The notes below the pieces were generated by a model. It was not told the origin of the DNA. It ran no database searches and saw only the letters and a list, made by a program, of their open reading frames with translations. DNA of 64,000 nucleotides, from contig NW_025964112.1 in the NCBI RefSeq assembly GCF_023055435.1, positions 45,570,001-45,634,000 on the forward strand, given 5' to 3'. Shown here in pieces: positions 11,966 to 23,727 of this stretch. Within the stretch, counting starts at the first letter, position 1; the number at the start of each line of letters is the position of its first letter. The DNA is from Haliotis rufescens. Its lineage: Eukaryota. The position numbers and the translations under genes are program-made.

Positions 11966-13210
11966 ATAACATAATACCTTAACAGTTAGGGTTGATGGGG
12001 TGGGGGCCTATTGTGAGGGAGGTCAACCTCATGAATGGAGGGCCCCAGACTCTGGATAATGGGATACTTTTGCCTGGGCAGCGAGACACTCCTAACCCTT
12101 GACAAATTGGGATCTATAAATCCCATTCATAGGTGTAGAGCACTGAATAAAGCTCAACAGGTTTTGTTCACATACAAAGCCCACCTCCCGTATTTCACTG
12201 GGGACAATAGATGGGGAGAGGGTTATGATAGGACTAGTGCCTGGCTAGACCAAGGGTGGCTAGCCTGGAGGTTGGGCTAGAAAAGGCTGACCCTACTCTC
12301 TAATCTGTATTTACAAAATGACAATGTCTGGATAGAGTGAAAAGATATCTTCAAATTGTAAATCTTAAGTAGAATAATTAAGGAAAATTCCTATGCTGAG
12401 AAAGAGCATCTAAAAAAAAATCTGATTTGAACCCTAACAAGGTTCAAACAGTTTTTTGTCAGTAGGGTTGACTTTGCAAACAGTCTTAATGAGAATGTAT
12501 TTCAAACTCCGCAAGTGTATGAGAATAAAGTGTCACTTCTTAGAAAGAAATAGCAATAATTATTCATGAGTCAGAATACATTTCAAATATAACCAACTTT
12601 AAAATAAATAATCCTCAAGTAATTTAGTGAAATAGATATGACAAAACTGTTATGAGAAAATGCGTGGGAAAGGGACAAACAAAAGTGTTTAAAATAGATG
12701 GGAGATTGGAATTCTTTCATCATTAGAAGGCACACAGCTTCCAAACGGACCTCTCCAAGATATTTAAGGGAGCAAGGTTGCAACAAACCAGTTATTTATC
12801 CAGTCAGAAAACACAGCCAACAGTGAACTGTGAACATTATGTGGGGGATGAAAATAGAACTTATTTGCCAACGCAACAAGACAAACTGTGTTGACATGTT
12901 CAGTAGGGGTCAATATTCGACACATTTAGGAAAGTGACAGGAACATTTTTGTTGTGCACAAAGCCAAGATTAAACAAAGGCCTGCCAGGGGGCTTGGCAA
13001 GATATTGGGGGGCATCTCCAAAATAGTTGCAGATTTAAAAACAAGTTTTATTGTTGAATATGATGATGAAACTTCAAATAAAAAATGTGTGGCTTTGCTT
13101 TAAAATACTGAGCATTTTTTTAGTTTTTGGTAGTATTTGGGAGATAAGCTTTGATGCCTCAGTAATGCTGCTATGTGCATAAATATTAACATGGTGTTTA
13201 GGAATTACAA

Positions 13211-13706
13211 TGACAAGTAGCGATATTACTGATCTGTAGCAATATTACTATGACATGTAGTAATATTACTGACACGTAGCAATATTACTATGACATGTAG
13301 CAATATTATTGATCTGTAGCAATATTACTATGACATGTAGCAATATTACTGACATGTAGTAATATTACTGACATGTAGCAATATTACTATGACATGTAGC
13401 AATATTACTATGACATGTAGCAATATTACTATGACAAGTAGCAATATTACTGACATGTAGCAATATTACTGATCTGTAGCAATATTATTGACGTGTAGCA
13501 ATATTACTATGACATGTAGCAATATTACTATGACATGTAGCAATATTATTGACATGTAGCAATATTACTGACATGTAGCAATATTACTGATCTGTAGCAA
13601 TATTACTGACCTGTAGCAATATTACTGACCTGTAGCAATATTACTGACCTGTAGCAATATAACTGACCTGTAGCAATATTATTGACATGTAGCAATATTA
13701 CTATGA
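13211..13706. repeat. 19-21-bp quasi-palindromic minisatellite
   Basis: (TGACATGTAGCAATATTAC[TA])n, roughly 25 units. Confidence 0.95.
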
Positions 13707-14065
13707 AATGTTGGATGCCTTAAAGCCAACTGCCTCCCCAGGACCTAGTCTATGGTTTCCTGATCCCTGGACCTGACACAGCCACTGTGTCAGACATATA
13801 TGCAAAAGGGATTATGATAACACACTTATTTGTATATGCAATGGGGATTTGGTGTTCCATTCTATGTTGGAGAGGCTTGGGAGGCTTGGGTATATACAGG
13901 TATTGTTCCAGATAGGTACATACGATCAGTGATGGTGGCACGTAGTCCCACCCGCACTTGATGAGACCTGACTTCATTGAGCCTCCCAGCCTGTACCACA
14001 ACTCCCATATATACTATACTACTCAACATTTGAAAGGGATATTCTGCGTGTCCTGGCACATGGAA

Positions 14066-14112
14066 GGAGGAGGGGAGGAGGAGGAGGAGGAGGAGGAGGA
14101 GGAGGAGGAGGA
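14066..14112. repeat. (GGA)n microsatellite
   Basis: Read directly from the sequence. Confidence 0.95.
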
Positions 14113-14500
14113 AAGAGACGGAGGAGTGTGTTCAATCCTTGTGCGTGGAGAATGAGAAATAACTGAATGGATTAACTGAACAACATCAGCAACAGTCATA
14201 TCACCAAGGAGATAAACCATGATTTTCTGCCAGATGGAACTAGCCCTTTTAACGCTGCAGATGCCCTTTACGTCTTCACCCTGTGGCGAAGTTCACCTTT
14301 TCAATATGCCGCAAAAGTTCACAGTATCAATTTGCCCTTTAATTCACATCAACTGCAATTCTGAAAGGTCATATACTCTTCATCCATTCATGATCATCAA
14401 CTTAACACCATCAATGCCTTGTTTGCAAATTATCCACATTCAATACCTAAACAACAGGTAACAAGTCAAAAAGAACAATTCGGTTTCAATTTCTGCTTAC

Positions 14501-14653
14501 CATTGATGGATCCATCATGCCATATTTGGGATCTTTGACTACCTGGCCTACACCGAGCGAGCCCATTGGCCCAGCTGCCATTTGAGTCCCGCCCATTTGC
14601 CCAGAGCTGAGCATCATGGGATTGCCATGGTTTACTGATGCTGATTGTTCTGG
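14501..14653 (-). CDS. TALE homeobox gene, internal exon (M/G-rich linker)
   Basis: Acceptor tatttacag and donor ATG|gtaagc. 153 nt, phase 0/0. Encodes PEQSASVNHGNPMMLSSGQMGG...KYGMMDPSM, with a composition like the large exon. Confidence 0.8.
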
Positions 14654-14794
14654 CTGTAAATAAATAATATTCATAATCAAAATAAAAGTAGTACTATAAA
14701 TATTCAAAATCATTTTCATCTAGGGTAACAAATGACAGAAGCAAAAACAAACAAGTGAGCTGTATTCCAGTTATATCAATTTGCGTCAGCTTAT

Positions 14795-14962
14795 CATGGG
14801 AAGAAAGCATGAAGTAATGCTGGTCTCAGGTGTTTACTGCGTTTGCGGAACCCACAAGCACGTGCATGGTGCTGACAGACCAAGAAACATAATTTGGGCG
14901 AACCGGGATTCGAACTCCGCACAGCAAAATGCAGCGCCTCAGACAACTGGGCCACCCGTACA
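14795..14962 (-). mobile_element. SINE family C, partial copy
   Basis: Reverse complement matches the head and body of 61907-62190, with a deletion. Confidence 0.7.
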
Positions 14963-16334
14963 CCATTAAAATGAAGAAAAATAAACTTGTCCTAGTTATA
15001 TAAAAAGTTGCCAGATGTTTCACACAATGTATCCATATTGTACAGGGAAATAACATTTCTAAACATTGTTGAATAAACTATGGAACGTTAACTACGACCT
15101 GTTTTCTCCAAAGTCAACTACCTCCAATCCAATCAAATCAACATAAAATTAGAAAATGCAAAGCTTTTTTCCCATCATTACAAAAAAAACCAAGAGACAA
15201 ATTAGCAACATGAACAGAAAAGGCAAATCACATTTGGGGCAGTGGATGTAGCCACAAATCAACAAACCTGATCCAGCCAGGTTAAGTGTTAGGACACTTG
15301 GGTGTGATATGATTTTAAGGGCATTACAGTTCAAGCAACAGTCTACATTTAATCTACACTTTCTTCTCCCCCTGATAAGCATGAATACACGAGGTGGCTG
15401 GCCCCCTGTGGGGGTGGGGCGATCATGTTGTACCCAAGGGGAGATTAAGGGCCCGTCTATGATTACCTTCCGTTAATCCGCCCACTCACCTAATCTGATT
15501 ACAGTTTATCAGCGTTCATAGGTAACAGTGTATGGTTACTTGACTATGTTTGCAATCATCTTGACTGAGCTTGCCACAACTCAATTTTAACTTAGCGACA
15601 GACAGCTAATGGCAGTCACTCTTGGCGACCGTGAGATAACTCACACCAAGCACTACAGTGACCAAACTTAATATGGTTAAGAGATAAGTGCAATATTGTA
15701 TAAATCCATGACTTACATGCTGATAAAAAAAATTCATGATCCCTTTTTTTGTTCATCATATTTCATATTAATAAAATTCCAAATAATCTTTGCGCTTTGA
15801 ATACTTTAAAATGTTGTGATGAAGCAAACGGCTCAGGAAGTTGGACAATAAATCATTCTGTAGACCTTCCTGTACACTGGTACAATCACTGAGTCATAAA
15901 TATACTTGTTCCCTAGCAGTGTCAGAGATAGGAGATCCACTAGGTTAACGTAAAATTGACAGCAATGAGCGAATAAAGTCTCGCCCGGGAAATATTTCGC
16001 ACTCAAGAATCCGATTCCAATCTTATTGAAATCCTATTCCTAATTTTTAACTCAACTATGTACACCACATGGATGGCTTATCATTCCATTCATACAGTAT
16101 CATGCTTCACGTTTTGGGTTTTCGATGAAGAATCTGATATAAGACTGCACTAGCATTTCTCAAAAAGCCCTGTCAGTTAAGATCTGTTGAGAGAAAAAAT
16201 GGCCACATGGAATTCCAATTTCCACTCTTTCACACTAGGTGTTTACAGTCGCTCCATGGCTTGTTTTTTTTTTTAAATGGTGAAAAATCGGAGACTGTGC
16301 CTGTTACTAAGTTGTTAATTATGAATGAACTTAC

Positions 16335-16447
16335 AATACTGTTGCGAACAGCTCGATCAAACTTCTCACAAAACTCTTCAATAGCACTGAGTGATTTGGA
16401 TGTGGCTTTCGTGTGCTTGTCTTGTTCCTGGCGAACACGGATTTTCT
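16335..16447 (-). CDS. TALE homeobox gene, internal exon (C-terminal part of MEIS/HM-like domain)
   Basis: Acceptor gttttcag and donor ATT|gtaagt. 113 nt, phase 1/0, matching the upstream phase-1 donor. Encodes (E)[37 protein letters not shown], where IEEFCEKF resembles Meis VHELCDNF. Confidence 0.85.
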
Positions 16448-16835
16448 CTGAAAACAATTGAAATAACTGTTACAAGATACATGTTTCAAACTGTTTCGTC
16501 ATTATTGGTATGATAATCAGGACCCATAAATCCTGAAAGATATCGTATTTGTTTTTCACATATGCTACAAGATGTGGTACTCATTTGTTAAAAAACTCAT
16601 CTAAATGATGTATTCTTCAAAAATTCTGCTCCAAACAAAGAATTATCAGTCGACCTTACTGTTTGTTTTCAAAGTACACTGCTATGAATGTGTAGAAAAA
16701 ACAAGCAGTTTATGTAAGTTATTATTAGCCGATCAAACAGTAATTTCTTTTCAATTAGCACTCCACATGAAAACTCCTTTGTTGATAAATTATGGCTACC
16801 AAAATGCAAAAAGTCCAATTCTTCTTTTGACTTAC

Positions 16836-19497
16836 CTATTAAGCACTGGTGAGCATATCGGAGGGCATCCATTATGACACTTTCTACGGCAAAGTTGCCC
16901 TGATAATTTCCAGTGGGGGGATTCCGATGTAAAAAGTTCTGTAAAAGTTTGTCAAACTCGGCTGGCAAGTTGCTAATTAGCTGATATGGGAACGAAGGAG
17001 AAGCAAAGTTCATGTCAGCAATTATCAAGTCCCGCAATAGAGGGAACAGCGGATGTGACCTGAACGCATTCGAGCGATCCGTTATAAGATGCTGTATAAA
17101 AGTCTGTTGAGAAGCAAGCATGGGCGGCCGGTGCGGCGAACCCGTCTTGCAACTCTGGCAATTTGGTATAGTGCATGGTACCATTGGTGACGCCCCAGAT
17201 TGCATGTTTTGAGAGCACTGTGGGTTCTGGGGTGTCGATGGGGGCATCATTTGTTGCATGGGGTTTTGGGGAGTCTGTTTCATGTGGGAGAGATCCTGCA
17301 TGTTCTGGGGGGTCTGGGGAGCAGCGGTTCCCTGGTTTGACCAGGGCTGAGGTGTCCCTGGTCCCATGTTCCCAGCATGCTGCTGCTGCTGCTGTTGCTG
17401 TTGTTGTCCTTGGTACATTTGTGGATGCATGTTCCGTGACGGTGTCTGACTGCCATTGTTGTACATGCCATGATCATACCCTGACGTTGAGGGCATTGTG
17501 CCATAAGGTCCCGTGACTGTGCTATTGGCTTGGGTGTGTATTCTTGGTGTGCTACAAGAACTAGGAGGTTGATTGAACTGTTGCTGGTTGCTAGAAGAAC
17601 CTTGCTGTGCTTGTTGCTGGTTGTATGTTCCAGCAACCTGGTTTGCCCCCATCATACGGTTAGCTCCTTGGTTCAAGCCTGCCACAGAGCAGCTATTGTC
17701 ATAGTTACCAGACTGCAAAGACATCTGGTTTCGGTACATTTCGTTTTGCTGTTGAAGTTGTGCCATTGATGACGCCTTCATAGAGTCAGTCACAGACATC
17801 CCCCGGTATGCGTTCATCTGCTGTGCATACGTTTGATTCTGCTGGTACGCCCCCATTTGGTTAAAGTCACCTGTCTCCACCCTCAACATGTTTTGATTAT
17901 TGTCTACATAGTACATGTTATTCTCTTGACCCTTGCCAGAAAAGTCAAACTGCTGAATGTTGACAGCAGGGCTCCCCCCACTGCCTGGCCGACTGCCCGG
18001 GTTAACTCCACAACTACTCCTATTGGAGAAATCATAAGGGCTTCCTCCCGGAACAGTGTATGGAGCTACTTCAGACTTCATGCTTGCTGAGATACGAGGA
18101 AGAATTTTGGATTTTTGTGAATTTTCTCGGAACTCCTGATCGAGGTCGAAACCACATTCGGAATTAAAACCACCGTTATAGTCCACACCTTGCTGGTTTT
18201 GGCACTCAGACCCAGTCTCAGACCCGGGTATGTCAGCAAAGTGAACCGATTTCTGTGGTATGGCTGGCATTGGTGGCATTTGAACATGTCCGACTGTTGC
18301 CACACGAGGCGGCTGCACAGAGTTTGATTGTTGTATAGATGGGATCATTGATGACACATCCTCAGTCTTTACATGCATTTGATCAGCACTACCCATGGAC
18401 ATGTTGGAACCATAGCTCCTCACACTACCGGTGTCACCGGAGAAGTAGCCTTGGTCCAGAGAATCCAACGACCGACCATACTGAGTGTTTGTTTGTACTG
18501 TCAAAGAGTCACAACCTTGAACATTTGTGTGTGCAGCCTTTGGGTTCATCATTCTTAGGTGTTGCATATTCTGCACATTCACAACAGGTGGGGCTGGTTT
18601 GCCCAATCTTTGGTAGTTTGTAGCCGTGGCAGACTTTTGCATAGAGGGAGCCCTATTTGAGCCTATTTGATGTGACTGGCCATAGTGCAAAGTACCGGGC
18701 TGATGGCAGGGAAGTGAGTTCGGTGACTGAGGAATATGTTTTTGATGCAGTGGGGACTGCTGACTACATGAAGGCAGATTTGGTTTGGGGGAGTAGCACC
18801 TAGTTTTGCTTGGTGTCATGGGACAATGTGACAAGGGCACCGTGTCTCGACTTGAAGAATCATCACAATGACTGGACGGTGGCAGGACGCTGGGAGACTG
18901 GCGACCAGCATTACCAGACGATAACGGACGTTTTGGCGTTGGGGGAGTCTGTGGCATTTTGAACACTTGAGAGGGCAGAACATGTGGTGATTGTGGAAGA
19001 GGAGGAGCAGTGGACTTGGTGGGACTCGACTCTCCCGAGGTAGATGGATGGAAGCGTTTACTGACTGGCGAGTTGGCACCGCTGGACACAACGGTTGATG
19101 TTCCAGACGTCACTGTCGAGGACATCACCACCGGACTGCTCAGAGGCCGTCCCCAGTTCTCCATTCTCAATCCACTTGAGACCTGTTTGACTGTCGAGAT
19201 CGAGGTCTGAGATCCAGAGCTGAAGCTACTACTGTTCATGATGGCTTCTGGTGTCATATATGAATGTGGGTCGGGCATGTCCTGTTCCATGAGGAACTCC
19301 ACAAAGTCCAGCTCCATCCCTTCCTTCATCCCGATGTCCTCACAGATCTCATCCAGCAGTTCGTTGGGGAGTCTCTCGTCATCCACAGGTTGGGGGACAG
19401 GGGATGACGGGGTGGTTGGAGACCCCAGTCCCTCCGGTTCCAGCGCTGAGGCACTGGATGCCGACGGACTTGGCGGAGCCTCTCGGTACTCCATGAG
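16836..19497 (-). CDS. TALE homeobox gene, giant 2662-nt exon (low-complexity region and N-terminal part of MEIS/HM-like domain)
   Basis: Core of the 945-aa ORF. Acceptor tttattgttgcag (19498-19500) and donor ATAG|gtaagt (16834-16835). It ends with RSHPLFPLLRDLII...AVESVIMDALRY, similar to Meis/Pknox HPLFPLL and ELDNLMIQAIQV motifs. Confidence 0.92.
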
Positions 19498-19622
19498 CTG
19501 CAACAATAAATAACTGAATAAGCAACTGAATCATCAAAGGCACTCCAAAATAAGAAATATTTTCATACTAAAACCAAATGCACATTCTATTTAGTATGTA
19601 TCAATCTGTTCGATAGTCAATG

Positions 19623-19862
19623 TGTTGTTGTATGTTGTTTAATGCTGCACTCAGCATATTCCAGCTTCATGATGGCAGTCTGTAAATAATCAAGTCTGGA
19701 GCAGACAATCCAGTGATTAACACCATGTGCATTGATCTTCTCATTGGGGATCGATGACATGCATCAACCAAATCAGCAAGCCTAACCACCTGATCCTGTT
19801 AGTTGCCTCTTACGGGAAGCATGGGTTGCTATAGACCTATTCCAACCCCGATCTTCATGAGG
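19623..19862 (-). mobile_element. SINE family B copy
   Basis: Full body, with imperfect TSD ATAGTC(A/C)ATG. Confidence 0.85.
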
Positions 19863-20609
19863 ATATAGTCCATGCGGCTGAGATAGTGTTGAATAAGCAG
19901 TTAAACAAAAGTCACTCACTTGCTAAGATTATGAACCCAAACTACAAATCATACCTCTAAACAGCCCACTGAAACAAACATCAATCATTCCCCTCCGCAA
20001 CCATCACACACGCCAAAGAAACCTGAATGTACTTCGACAACAGGAGAGAGTGCCTATTGACTTACTTACCACAACAAAAAGTGTGTAAAATATATAATTG
20101 ATTACGGCAATGAAAATAATTGGCACAATTAATAAGAAGGAGACACTTGATTCAGTACACTAACTGAACCACAGTGGCGTCAGGCTCGGCTCCATGTTCA
20201 GATAAAACAGCTAACTAACCCAAGAACTAATGGTACTGACTTGATTGAAATTAACACAGCGTACAGATAAGGCAAAACACCATGAACCTTTCAGCTACAA
20301 ATTTTGAAACTTTCTGGGACAAAAATAAAGTTGATTGATTAACATGGATTTCCCTCCCAATTTTCAAACCAAGCAGAATATGAGAAAATATGATCAAAAT
20401 TACATATCCAATCTGAAAACCTCATAAAGTTTAACATATTGAGAATGTGCAAATGTGCATTAACAAATTGACAAAATAAATATGACAGTCATTGCCAATA
20501 AATATATATTCCAAATGCATATGGCAAACTACAGACATGTCAACAAAAAGAAAATAAACAAAGAGATATTTATCCCTATAAGAATAAATTCAAAATGAAA
20601 TGCAAATAC

Positions 20610-20639
20610 CTCGAGACAGAACACCTCCGATTCTTTCAT
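20610..20639 (-). CDS. Possible alternative first coding exon (MKESEVFCLE)
   Basis: acaATG AAA GAA TCG GAG GTG TTC TGT CTC GAG|gtattt. Phase 0, 1.1 kb upstream of the giant exon and downstream of a CpG/GC-box patch at ~20760-21000. It is short and could be chance. Confidence 0.3.
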
Positions 20640-21712
20640 TGTCTAGATAATATTGTGCTATCGGCTAACTAAAAATCATATTTCAAATTGGAGAGCTGTT
20701 TCCTCCTCAACATCTGTCAAAATGGCTGACAGAAAACATTGTACATTTTAACATCTCTTGACCTCGCCCTCATATTAAAAGAAATCTCAAAATTATATTT
20801 TCCTCATAATTAATGAGCTTCCTCCTGTTTCGCATGTTATGTGTTCTTGAAACATGTTTGTCGGAAAACTTGCCCGGTGAACGGTCACTTTTCAGGCGGG
20901 GCCAGGGATTATTTACGAGCATCCTGGCCATGTTGTATGTTTGACCATTAAAAGGCATGTTTTGCTATTCATACATTCAGCCTTGAGTGCAAAACGAGCA
21001 CATGTGGTGTGAGAATTCATAAATCTTCTTAAAAGTTTATCCAGTGAAACGACGAGTTCACGCAGTTCTTGATTAGATTCGTGAAATTTCCGAACAAATT
21101 CTGATTAATTCACCAGTTGTTATAACATGTGAAGAACTGTAACTGCAATGCTTAATATTTTGAATTAATTTTAATGAAATAAAAAATGATTTAAAGCCAT
21201 ACCTTACAAATAAATATTTGTCGAAAACACAATACATGATTTTCTCCTTCTGAAAACGTCACACTTCAATTCTTTCAATTATCAACTAATGCCTCCTAAA
21301 TCATTAATGAACACTAGTTTGTCAGGGAGGTTTCTATTAGCAGTCCAAAAGAATTGAAGGGTTCCAATTACTCAAATTTCAAGTCAAGAACAAAGTCAAA
21401 TTAAATTTTAATCAGGTAACACAGAATCTTAAATTCGACAAGTCCAAGGTGCAGAATTAACGCAACTATGTAGAAATTTGTAAATTACCTTGAAATGCAG
21501 GGAAGCAGTATGAATGTTTAATTTTTGTTTAACCTTTTAGGCTTGCTTTTTGTACGCCAAATTACATTTGTCAGTTCAGGCAAATTCATTTATGCTGAAA
21601 GGATAGTTCTCTACTAGGTTGTTCTGATATCATCTACTGAGTATTGCAATGTGATGTCGAAGATTTCAGAAAACTTCTGTGGTATTTTGAATAGGTGTTG
21701 ACCTGGTGAAAT

Positions 21713-21871
21713 TGAGTGAGTATGTTTTACGCCGCTTTTAGCAATATTCCAGCAATATCACTGTGGGGGACACCTGAAAAGGGCTTCAGACATTGTGCCC
21801 ATGTCGGGAATCCAACCCCGGTCTTTGTCATGACGAGCGAATGCTTTAACCACTAGGCTACCCATCTGCCC
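21713..21871 (-). mobile_element. SINE family A copy
   Basis: Reverse complement of the family A consensus. Confidence 0.85.
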
Positions 21872-22707
21872 GACAGTCATATTGAAAAAAGATAAAACTA
21901 ATAATAAAAAAGCCAAAGAAATACACTTTGTAACATACATTAAAACAGCCATGTCCCCCATAAACCCAACACAAATTTGAAAGAAATGATTCTACTTTAA
22001 AAACAACCTACAACAGCCTGATCCTTTCATTTTGCTATAGTTATTCTGTAATGACAGATTAACTATAGTAATATGAAAGAAATGGGTGGTCCCTAACTTT
22101 TTTTAAGTAGTATAAATAAACAGCAGCCGCTTTCCATGATAATTCATAGTTTTCATATACATCATAATCTAGAAATCGACATCAGTTTCAAAGCCCAATC
22201 CATTTCATTCCCATAACACAGAGCAAGCTTTATTCCCACAGATTAAATCCCCTACTGAAATTGACAAATGTTAATGTCAGTCATAATCTGAGATTCTAAG
22301 CTGACACCAACAAGACTATTGTGTATGTTTCCCAACAAATTCGGGATTATGGCGAAAGCAAGCTAAATACTTCAAGTCGGCCTAACAGACAGCAACCCGT
22401 TTGTTGCGAGGCCATGTGATGACAAGGTTTGAATGAATGGTACAAGTGTGTTGAGTGATCAGCTGCTGCATTATTGCATAGGTTTCCATAATCAGACCTC
22501 GTTCACTACCACTCCAGATATAGGCAATGTGATTTGCGGTCACAAGCCCTGTGGACAGATAATGTGGTTTGAACAGTAGAGATGTAACTGACAAACATTA
22601 CATCATTCTGCCATGTCAGTGTCAAGATGAAACAGACTATTGTCATGAGAAGAAACTTTCCTACTTGACTCAACTTTCCCAATCAATGATGAATCTTTTT
22701 GTACAGC

Positions 22708-22820
22708 CAGGGCCCCATTCCATAAAGCAATCTTAGCATTAAGGTGATCGTAACTCCTATACTTTATCACAGTCTTTCGATCGTGGTAGAGCTGAGGTCA
22801 CTCTGTGGAATGCAGCCCTG
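22708..22820. mobile_element. Small MITE (PIF/Harbinger-like termini)
   Basis: Imperfect ~20-bp TIRs CAGGGCCCCATTCCATAAAG ... CTCTGTGGAATGCAGCCCTG. Confidence 0.55.
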
Positions 22821-23497
22821 GCCAACATCATTTTAAGATCCAAAATACAATTTTACAAAAGTTATTTTCCTAGATACTACCTTTGTTAAAAGTATTATTA
22901 TCTCTTAAGAGCTAACAAGTTGACTTAAAGTCAAAAACAGTTTCAAAGTAACTTTCAGAATTCCTGTTTTTTAACTTTACATCACTTTTCTTTGAAATTG
23001 AAATCAAATTAGTGGTGACATTTGAATTATTGTTTTTGCCTCCTGAATCTTGACAGTTTGGCATAGAAATAAGTAAAAGGAAAAATAAGCTAATTTACGT
23101 TTTTTTTCATTGAAAGTATTTGCACACATTCTTTGGAATAAAAATTTCAGTGACAGGAAACTTGAATCTACAGAACATGGCAGGCAAATTGGGGGAACAC
23201 ATGATCATAGGTTCCTGGCATGCCTAAGGGACATAACTCTGCACAGCAAATTGTGGCACTTTAGACTGAGCTAACCACCATGGTCCACAAATAATTCCAG
23301 GTAAACTGCCATGTAAGATAGTGGAGGTGCCTGTCAAACTGTCGTATTCATTGTACCTGTTGATGTTTGTTGCTTTTCACATTCGCAATACCAGTGTACT
23401 ACTAACAACCTCTTTAGCCATCTGTTGTTGACAAACGCTTAGTCTCGAAAACTCATAATAACTACATTTAAATTAACAAAAATCTCCAGTAAGACAG

Positions 23498-23727
23498 GTT
23501 TTTATTTGTTTGTTGTTTAACGCCGCAATATTCCTATTAAATGATGGTCTGTAAATAATTGAATCTGGATAATCCAGTGATTGACATCAAGAGCATTGAT
23601 CTACACAATTTGGATACGATGACATGCATCAACCAAGTCAGTGAGCCTGACCACCTGATCCCGTTAGTCGCCTTAAACAACAAACATGGGTTGCTGAAGA
23701 CCTATTGTAACCTGGATCGTCACAGGT
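23498..23727 (-). mobile_element. SINE family B copy
   Basis: Full body, with imperfect TSD CCAGT(A/G)AGA. Confidence 0.85.

Noticed and set aside
11443-11967. 174-aa F/S/P/L-rich ORF
   Set aside because: Artefact of the polypyrimidine strand of the GA-rich tract.
13958-14220. Poly-Glu and poly-Ser ORFs
   Set aside because: Translations of the (GGA)n microsatellite, with no convincing splice sites in phase.
16669-16835. C-terminal tail of the 945-aa ORF (GKSKEELDFLHF...)
   Set aside because: It is read-through into the intron past the strong donor at 16834-16835. The MEIS-like domain continues in the 16335-16447 exon.
17175-19513. Plus-strand and alternative-frame ORFs overlapping the giant exon
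   Set aside because: Shadow ORFs of GC-richer coding sequence with no recognisable protein features.
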